From positions 1 to 42,788 of the forward strand of contig JBCNVN010000007.1 of the NCBI GenBank assembly GCA_039630055.1: a DNA stretch of 42,788 bases. The letters are read 5' to 3'. This DNA is from Candidatus Caldarchaeales archaeon (lineage in GTDB: Archaea; Thermoproteota; Nitrososphaeria_A; Caldarchaeales; Wolframiiraptoraceae). This document shows positions 36,197 through 42,788 of the stretch, piece by piece. Within the stretch, counting starts at the first letter, position 1. Each line of letters begins with the position of its first letter. The position numbers were made by a program, and so were the translations under genes. The notes beneath the pieces were generated by a model. It did not search any database. It had not been told where the DNA came from and worked only from the letters and a program-made list of their open reading frames with translations.

Positions 36197-37426
36197 ATGG
36201 ACTTCGAGTTTACGGAAGATGAGATAAGATTTAGAGAAAGCGTCCAGGAATTCTGTAAGAGATATATCGAGCCTAGATGGGTTAAGATAGATGAAGAAGG
36301 TAGGATCCCATTAGACCTAATAAAAAAGATAGGTGAACAGGGTTTATTCACTATACCTGTCTCAGAAGAATATGGTGGCATGGGTGGAACAATAACTATG
36401 GCGGCCATAGCTGTAGAAGAGATAGCATACCATGATCCATCAGTAGCGACAGCAGTCTACACCCTTCTAAACAATGGGTGGCCATTACTAGTTGAGAGAT
36501 ACAGTAATGAAGATGTTAAGAGAGAGATATTGCCCAAGGTTGCTAGAGGAGACGTATTCTATGGGATAGCCTCAACAGAATCACATGGAGGTTCTGATGT
36601 AAGTGGAATAAAGACCTTGGCCACTAGAAATGGAGACAGCTGGATCATAAACGGTGAGAAAACCTATATAAGCGGTGTGAGGGAGATAAATGAGCTTCTC
36701 GAGGGTGGAGGATACTTCCTAGTAGCAAAGACTGGGAAACCCGATTACGGACATCAGAACATAACCGCATTCAACCTGATAGTGAAATGGGATGGCAAAG
36801 CAAGAGAAGGATGGAGACCGACGATCTTCGAAGAGATAGGTAGAAGAGGGATAAGCACAGGAGCATTCACTCTTGAAAACTTTGAGATAGAAGATAGATA
36901 TAGAATAGGAGAAGTAAATAAGGGGTTCTACTATCTCATGGAAGGCTTCAATGTTGCAAGGATACTGGTGGCGGCTGCAAACATAGGTAGTGCTAGATGG
37001 GCTTTAGACCAAGCGGTTGAGTGGTTGAGAAATAGGAGGCTCTTCGAAGGTAGACCCATAGCCTCCTTCCAGGGAGTAAGCTTCAAATTCTCAGAACTAT
37101 ATGGAGAACTAGAAGCTGCAAGGCTCTTGACATATCGAGCAGCATGGCTTGCCGACAAGATCTATATAGAGAAGGATCGTAAATGGAGGGAGAAAGATCT
37201 AAATGTACCTGTAGCACTATGTAAGATGAAGGCTCCAGAAGCAGCTGTAAAGATCTATGAAGAACTGATGAAATGGTATGGAGCATACTCTTACACCAAG
37301 GATTGCAATGTCTACAGAGGATGGGTTGGAGTACTATCCTATCTAGTAGGTGCTGAGGGCGCACAGAACATAATGAGGATAATAATAGCTAGAGACATCA
37401 TAGGCAGAGAATACATTAAAGGATAG
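36197..37426 (+). CDS. Acyl-CoA dehydrogenase family protein
   Basis: EEYGG.G, TE..GGSD, W.INGEK.YIS, R..F..PIASFQGV.F, EGAQNIMR. Confidence 0.93.
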   Translation: MDFEFTEDEIRFRESVQEFCKRYIEPRWVKIDEEGRIPLDLIKKIGEQGLFTIPVSEEYGGMGGTITMAAIAVEEIAYHDPSVATAVYTLLNNGWPLLVERYSNEDVKREILPKVARGDVFYGIASTESHGGSDVSGIKTLATRNGDSWIINGEKTYISGVREINELLEGGGYFLVAKTGKPDYGHQNITAFNLIVKWDGKAREGWRPTIFEEIGRRGISTGAFTLENFEIEDRYRIGEVNKGFYYLMEGFNVARILVAAANIGSARWALDQAVEWLRNRRLFEGRPIASFQGVSFKFSELYGELEAARLLTYRAAWLADKIYIEKDRKWREKDLNVPVALCKMKAPEAAVKIYEELMKWYGAYSYTKDCNVYRGWVGVLSYLVGAEGAQNIMRIIIARDIIGREYIKG

Positions 37427-37450
37427 ATCCAAAACCTCGGTAGAAGAAGA

Positions 37451-38221
37451 TTGAAGATACTGGTTCCAATAAAACTAACAATAGATGTGAGTCAATTAAA
37501 ATACGAGTCTACTGGAGAGCCAATAATAGATATTGCACCGAGAAAGATGGGTGACACAGATAAATGTGCAGTAGAAGAAGCAGTTAGATTGAAGGAGAAA
37601 TATGGAGCGCTAGTCACAGTCGTCACGATCGGGGCAAACAATGAGAGTATGAGAATAATTAGAGACTCTTACGCTATAGGTGTAGACGAGGGTTTTCTAG
37701 TCAAGGTAGATGAAGCAGAACTTCTCCAAACAATATCTATCGGAGAGACGATATCATCGATAGTAAAGAAGACGGGACCATACGATCTCATAATCCTAGG
37801 TGCAGGTTCTCTCGATACCCATTCATATACACTTGGACCGATAATAGCCTCCAAACTAGACATTCCAATAATATCCAGCGTAGATTCATTAAAATATGTT
37901 GATGGATTCTTTGAAGCATTATGTATTATGGAGGATGGATCATATACTTACCGAGCTAAGCCACCTATAGTAGTAACAGTAACTACAGAGGCCAATGAGC
38001 CACGCATACCTACGCTGAAAATGATATTGAAGTCGAAGAAGATGGAGGTGAAGACTTTAACACTTAAAGATCTCGGCATAGATGTAAAAAAGGTAGATCT
38101 GATTAATGTTAAGAAATATGTTGTCCAGAGGAAGAAGATAATCTGGGATGCTGGAGAAGACTTAGAGAATGCTGTCAATAATCTATTCGAAGTAATCGTT
38201 AGGGAGGGTGTACATAGATGA
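37451..38221 (+). CDS. etfB: Electron transfer flavoprotein beta subunit (FixA-like)
   Basis: D..AVEEAVRLKE, YDLII.G..S.D, NEPR.P.L. Confidence 0.92.
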   Translation: MKILVPIKLTIDVSQLKYESTGEPIIDIAPRKMGDTDKCAVEEAVRLKEKYGALVTVVTIGANNESMRIIRDSYAIGVDEGFLVKVDEAELLQTISIGETISSIVKKTGPYDLIILGAGSLDTHSYTLGPIIASKLDIPIISSVDSLKYVDGFFEALCIMEDGSYTYRAKPPIVVTVTTEANEPRIPTLKMILKSKKMEVKTLTLKDLGIDVKKVDLINVKKYVVQRKKIIWDAGEDLENAVNNLFEVIVREGVHR

Positions 38222-39120
38222 GGATAATGATCTATGGAGATAGTGTTGAATGGTTTAAGCAGGCTAAGACTGTGGCCGATAAGATAGGAGGAGAAACATT
38301 TGGAATAGCACCATCTAGTGAGTTAGGGGGAGAAGCTGCAAAAATTATAAGCAAGGTATACGTATTCGATTCTAAGATCTATGAACCCAACAGATACTAC
38401 AAGATCATCCATAAAGTATCAGAAGAGGTCAAGCCAGACATCTCTATATTCTCTTCAACTATTAAGGGTAGAACCTTAGCAGGTCTATACGCAGGCTCCA
38501 AGGATGAGATAATAGTAACAGATGTAGTAGATGTTAGATGGGTTGATAAGAGTTTAGAACTAGATAGACTAGTTTATGGTGGAACATGTATAGCAACATT
38601 AAGATGTCGACCTCCACTCACCTTCTGCATCTCTCAAGGAGCATTCAAACCTACAGAGACCCATGTAAATGGAGGGATAGAATACATCAACATAATCGAA
38701 GATGAAAGGGTTGAAGCCGATTACAGAGCTAGAGAGCTTACAGGGATCCCTCTAGAGAGAGCTGATGTAGTCGTGGTGGCTGGTAGAGGTTTTAAGAAGA
38801 GAGAAGATCTAGAGATGGTGAGAGAGCTTTCATCAAAGCTTAAGGGTGCTTGGAGTGTTACTAGACCTCTAGCCGCAGATTACGGCTGGGCTGATAACTG
38901 GATAGGAATCTCTGGAGCGGTGGTCAGCCCAAGATTATACATTGCGTTAGGCGTCTCTGGACAACCACTACACATGATCGCTGCAAGAAGCTCCAAGATA
39001 ATAATCGCTGTAAACAAAGATCCGAATGCACCCATATTCGAAGAAGCAGATTATGGTATAGTTGGAGATCTATACCAGGTAATTCCAAGATTGATAGAGA
39101 AGATCAAGCAGAAAGAATAG
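38218..39120 (+). CDS. etfA: Electron transfer flavoprotein alpha subunit (FixB-like)
   Basis: L..ADVVV.AGRG, P.LYIALGVSG...H, AVNKD.NAPIF..ADYGIVGDL. Confidence 0.93.
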   Translation: MRIMIYGDSVEWFKQAKTVADKIGGETFGIAPSSELGGEAAKIISKVYVFDSKIYEPNRYYKIIHKVSEEVKPDISIFSSTIKGRTLAGLYAGSKDEIIVTDVVDVRWVDKSLELDRLVYGGTCIATLRCRPPLTFCISQGAFKPTETHVNGGIEYINIIEDERVEADYRARELTGIPLERADVVVVAGRGFKKREDLEMVRELSSKLKGAWSVTRPLAADYGWADNWIGISGAVVSPRLYIALGVSGQPLHMIAARSSKIIIAVNKDPNAPIFEEADYGIVGDLYQVIPRLIEKIKQKE

Positions 39121-39223
39121 CTAGAGCAACACTATAGAATCTGTTATAACACTGTAAGTACCATGGGTATGAATATAAACAACACACTCAGAAGATCGCG
39201 TAGGATGATGGAGCTTCGAGACC

Positions 39224-40477
39224 ATGAGTGAGAGATACGATGTAGTAATTGTAGGAGCCGGCCCAGCCGGATTATCTTCAGCATACTTCCTAGCAGAGAA
39301 GGGGTTCAAAGTTATCGTTCTCGAAAGAGGCTTAGAGCCAGGCTCCAAAAACATATTCGGTGGAAGAATCTATAGCTACGTGCTTGATAAATACTTCCCG
39401 GGATGGAGGAAGGAGGCACCTATCGAGAGATGGGTTAGAAGAGAAAAGATATCACTACTCTGTAAAAACGATCTTGTTAGCCTTGAGTATGATGTAGAAA
39501 GAGAAATGAATGGATATGATAGTTTTACAGCCTTCTTGAGTAAGTTCTTAAAGTGGATGGCCACAAAAGTCGAAGAGAAGCAAGCTCTAATCTTAACAAG
39601 TGTAAAGGTTGATGAAATCTTATTCAATAATGGTAGAGCTAACGGTGTAAGAGTTGGAGAAGAAAAGCTTGAAGCAGACTATGTAATCATCGCTGAGGGA
39701 GCGAATACACTCCTCCTAGAGAAGCATCATCTAAGAAAGAAGATCTATCCAGAGGACATAACAGTAGGAATAAAAGAGGTTATAAAACTTGGTAAAGAGA
39801 AGATAGATGAGAGATTTGGATTAAGAGGTGAAGAAGGTTTAGCACAGTTTCTCATAAGCCCCCTCTTCGGCGGCGGATTCATATACACCCTCAAAGAATA
39901 CGTAGCTATAGGTGTAGTCTATAGACCCGTCTTCAAGAATCAGGTTGATGCAAAAGATGTAATAGAAGAGCTTAGACTCCACCCCTCAATATTCAAGATC
40001 GTCAGAGACGGTATCCCAATAGAATATTCCGCCCACATAATAAGAGAAGCAGGATACAGAGACCTAATGGAGAGACCCTATGGAGAGGGATACCTAGTAG
40101 TCGGAGATGCTGCAGGGTTACTCCTCAATACCGGGTTCACCATTAGAGGTGTAGACTTAGCTATAGAATCTGGGAGGCTGGCCGCGGAAGCATTAGAGAA
40201 GATAGCTGGAGGAGAAGACCCATCATACTATATGCAACTACTGGAAGAGAATAGGATAATCTCTATGTTAAAGAAGTTTAGGAAAGTTCCTAAAGTCTTG
40301 TCAAGTCAGAGACTCTACAAATTCTATCCAGAGATAGTCTGTAAAATATTTGAGAAGATATATTCTGTCGACGAGTCTCCAGAAACCTTGTACAATTCTA
40401 TTAAAGAGACTATTGGTGGAAACTTCTCAACCATCAAGTCATTCTTCGAATTGTTATCGATGGTGAGAAGCATATGA
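39224..40477 (+). CDS. fixC: FixC-like FAD-dependent ETF:quinone oxidoreductase
   Basis: GAGPAG, ERG..PGSKN..GG, EYSAH, VGDAAG, T.RG.DLAIESG. Confidence 0.9.
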   Translation: MSERYDVVIVGAGPAGLSSAYFLAEKGFKVIVLERGLEPGSKNIFGGRIYSYVLDKYFPGWRKEAPIERWVRREKISLLCKNDLVSLEYDVEREMNGYDSFTAFLSKFLKWMATKVEEKQALILTSVKVDEILFNNGRANGVRVGEEKLEADYVIIAEGANTLLLEKHHLRKKIYPEDITVGIKEVIKLGKEKIDERFGLRGEEGLAQFLISPLFGGGFIYTLKEYVAIGVVYRPVFKNQVDAKDVIEELRLHPSIFKIVRDGIPIEYSAHIIREAGYRDLMERPYGEGYLVVGDAAGLLLNTGFTIRGVDLAIESGRLAAEALEKIAGGEDPSYYMQLLEENRIISMLKKFRKVPKVLSSQRLYKFYPEIVCKIFEKIYSVDESPETLYNSIKETIGGNFSTIKSFFELLSMVRSI

Positions 40478-40755
40478 AGAAGATGACAGTAGAAGAAAGG
40501 CTAGCTTTAACTAAGATCGAGATACATAGTGAACCGCATATAATCCTTGAATTAGAAAAATGTAAAAACTGCAATCTCAGACTATGCATATCCTCATGTC
40601 CTGCAGGATTATTCACCGTAGATGATTCGGGAGAGGTTAAGTTTACCTATGAGGGATGCCTAGAATGTGGGGCCTGCCGGATACTTTGCCCAGAAGGATC
40701 TATAAAATGGAGCTATCCTCCAGGAGGATTCGGAGTCCAGTATAGATTTGGATAA
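40474..40755 (+). CDS. fixX: FixX-like ferredoxin
   Basis: PHI, C..C....C...CPA, GCLECGACR..C, W.YP.GG.GV.YRFG. Confidence 0.92.
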   Translation: MKKMTVEERLALTKIEIHSEPHIILELEKCKNCNLRLCISSCPAGLFTVDDSGEVKFTYEGCLECGACRILCPEGSIKWSYPPGGFGVQYRFG

Positions 40756-40774
40756 TCAGAGACATTAGCTAAAA

Positions 40775-41452
40775 GTGATCTATATGGTTACTGTAGAAGA
40801 ATTCTCAGAGATAATAAAGATCTTGGAATCTAAATACTCTGTAGAGATGCCTTCACATGTCTCAGGAGATCCCTTCAAGATACTGGTAGGAACGATACTA
40901 TCACAAAGGACTAAAGATGAGATAACAAATAGAGCCTACGAATCCCTATTCGATAAATATTCAGACATCAAATCTCTAGCAGCTGCTCCCACAAAAGATA
41001 TAGAGAGATTAATTAAACCTGTAGGATTCTACAGGGTCAAGGCTAGACGGATAAAAGAAGTTGCAAGAATAATTCTTGAAAGATATCTAGGCAATGTTCC
41101 AAAGGATAGAGATGAGCTTCTAAAGCTTCCAGGAGTTGGAGATAAGACTGCAGATATAGTTTTATCTATTGGGTATGGCTTCCCAGAGATAGCAATAGAT
41201 ACACATGTTGAGACCGTGTCAAAGAGGCTTGGAATAGCAGATGAAGAAGATAGATACATGCAGATAAAAAAGAAGCTAGAGGAGTTAACACCCATCGATA
41301 AACGTCCAATTATAAACCATCTCTTCGTAACATTTGGAAGAGAGATCTGTAGAAAGCCGAAGCCTAAATGTTCCATCTGCCCAATAAAGAGCTTCTGCAG
41401 ATATTATAAATCAGTACATTCAGGAGACCTTGTAGATTATAAGAGTAAGTAA
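40775..41452 (+). CDS. nth: Endonuclease III (HhH-GPD DNA glycosylase, 4Fe-4S)
   Basis: LSQRT.D, LPGVG.KTA, IDTHV, C-x6-C-x2-C-x5-C. Confidence 0.93.
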   Translation: MIYMVTVEEFSEIIKILESKYSVEMPSHVSGDPFKILVGTILSQRTKDEITNRAYESLFDKYSDIKSLAAAPTKDIERLIKPVGFYRVKARRIKEVARIILERYLGNVPKDRDELLKLPGVGDKTADIVLSIGYGFPEIAIDTHVETVSKRLGIADEEDRYMQIKKKLEELTPIDKRPIINHLFVTFGREICRKPKPKCSICPIKSFCRYYKSVHSGDLVDYKSK

Positions 41453-41479
41453 TCTTCTGAGATCTTTTAGATCTAGATT

Positions 41480-41930
41480 AATATGATGGTAGAGAACCAT
41501 TCCACCTCCTAAAAAATAGTATTGTCAGTATTGAAGTTACCATGATGATTAGGCTTAGAGCTATGATAAGTATCGTGTTTACCGTTGAGTGGTACCCTAA
41601 ATCCCTTCTCAATCCTTATATCTATATATTTAGAGCTTCTTTTTCATAACTTAACTTAGAATACTCTTGTTCTAGATCTTGATACTTTTCGGAGACCTCG
41701 GATAACTTTTCCTCGATGTCTTCGTAGCTTCCAACCAGCCTCTGGTAATCTTCTCCCAACTCTCATGACTTCATCAATAGCAAAATCTCCTCTGAGAAAG
41801 ATAACATTAAGCTTGAGAGGCATCTATACAGATATCTCTCATCCTCCATTCATCGAGGAGGCTCTCTTCAAGAGTTGAATCATCCTCAGCCTCAACATAT
41901 TGTAGGAATGGCGTTAAAGATGAAGCCATG
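41480..41930 (-). pseudogene. Frameshifted remnant of a coiled-coil protein with C-terminal membrane anchor
   Basis: Fragments in different frames: 'ELGEDYQRLVGSYEDIEEKLSEVSEKYQDLEQEYSKL' (heptad pattern) and 'TVNTILIIALSLIIMVTSILTILFFRR' (TM helix plus basic tail). Confidence 0.45.
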
Positions 41931-42225
41931 AGCAAGATACAACATAAGATAGATCTGTAGATATAATGAGAAGCTGACATTTTTCAGAAATTCCTAAGAG
42001 AAATTTTTATATAAATATTGATGAACTAAAAGAAAATCTAGCCTGGGTAAAGATCTATATCTGGATGCTTATAGACAGATTTCCAAAGATTCCTTCAGCA
42101 TTTAATGTGAGGTATTTAAAGTCTATCTAGACGTAAAGTGTATAAGGATAACTATATGTAATCCTTGTAGCTTGATTGTTTAGAGATAGTGTCCTTAAGA
42201 ATGTTCTGAGTAAGTGTGAGAAGAT

Positions 42226-42788
42226 ATGGTCGATATAAAGATAGTTGAGGAAGATGTGAAGTACATTAAAGCTGAGCTTGAAGGTATCCCACTGTCCATC
42301 GCAAATGCTATTAGAAGACTAGCTATAAATGAGGTCCCTGTAATGGCTATCGAAGAGATCCTCATAATCGAGAATACGTCTGCTATGCCTAACGAGGTCC
42401 TAGCCCATAGAATCTCCCTAATACCATTCATCTCCGACATAGATAGATATGTGGCACCGGAAGAATGTACTTGTGGCAGCCGATTAGGTTGTGAAAGATG
42501 TGTTGTAAGATATGTACTTAGAGCTGAAGCAAGGGAAGAGCCTATAACAGTCTACTCAGGAGACATGGCCCCTGAAGATGCTAGCACAACGGTAAAACCA
42601 GTAAGCTCCAAGATACCGATAGTTAAACTAGCTCCTGGACAGAGATTAGAGATGGAGCTCTATATAAGAGTCGGTAGAGGTAGAAAGAATGCAAAATGGC
42701 AAGCGGCTATATCTTCACTATATGAGAAAGATGGTGAACCAGGTAAGAGAATCCTCTTCATAGAGTCTATAGGATTCCTGCCACCTAG
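42226..42788 (+). CDS. rpoD: DNA-directed RNA polymerase subunit Rpo3 (D); truncated by window end
   Basis: Not in the ORF track. Manual translation gives MVDIKIVEE...IANAIRR..INEVP.MAI, NTS.M.NE.LAHR.SLIP, CTC...GCERC, IPIVKL..GQ, G.G..NAKWQ, FIES.G.LPP. Confidence 0.96.
   Translation, partial: MVDIKIVEEDVKYIKAELEGIPLSIANAIRRLAINEVPVMAIEEILIIENTSAMPNEVLAHRISLIPFISDIDRYVAPEECTCGSRLGCERCVVRYVLRAEAREEPITVYSGDMAPEDASTTVKPVSSKIPIVKLAPGQRLEMELYIRVGRGRKNAKWQAAISSLYEKDGEPGKRILFIESIGFLPP

Noticed and set aside
42195-42440. 81-aa minus-strand ORF
   Set aside because: Antisense to rpoD, which the ORF track missed because it runs off the window.

Overview
Archaeal chromosomal window, probably a thermophilic TACK lineage. 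A Caldarchaeales/'Aigarchaeota'-like origin is an inference from the split rpl3-rpl4-rpl23 block, Rpo3 lacking the Fe-S domain and the Aeropyrum-type mevalonate genes. In order: a truncated GT-C-like membrane protein, a HEPN/MNT pair, rpl23-rpl4-rpl3, an Lrp regulator and an AsnB-like protein. Next is an AT-rich ~12 kb block with a DUF2096-like protein, a decayed transporter, a hydrogenase maturation protease and two divergent operons. These operons encode a genuine group 4 [NiFe]-hydrogenase attached to a complete complex-I-like membrane arm (A, H, split J, K, L, M, N). After it come an HD hydrolase, priL, a C2H2 zinc-finger protein, two different 2-oxoacid:ferredoxin oxidoreductases, a stand-alone LigD phosphoesterase, an MBL hydrolase, UbiD plus AcnX large/small, an APC/Nramp-like transporter, a macrodomain, acyl-CoA dehydrogenase-etfBA-fixCX, endonuclease III and a truncated rpoD. 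The most notable signal is that several canonical charged proton-pathway residues of the hydrogenase membrane arm are replaced: NuoL TM5 Glu->Lys, no TM8 Lys in the M- and N-like subunits, and NuoH Glu->Lys. Several intergenic spacers hold decayed gene remnants and short repeats. No tRNA, rRNA, CRISPR array or intact transposase was recognised. All family assignments come from motif recognition by eye; no searches were run.
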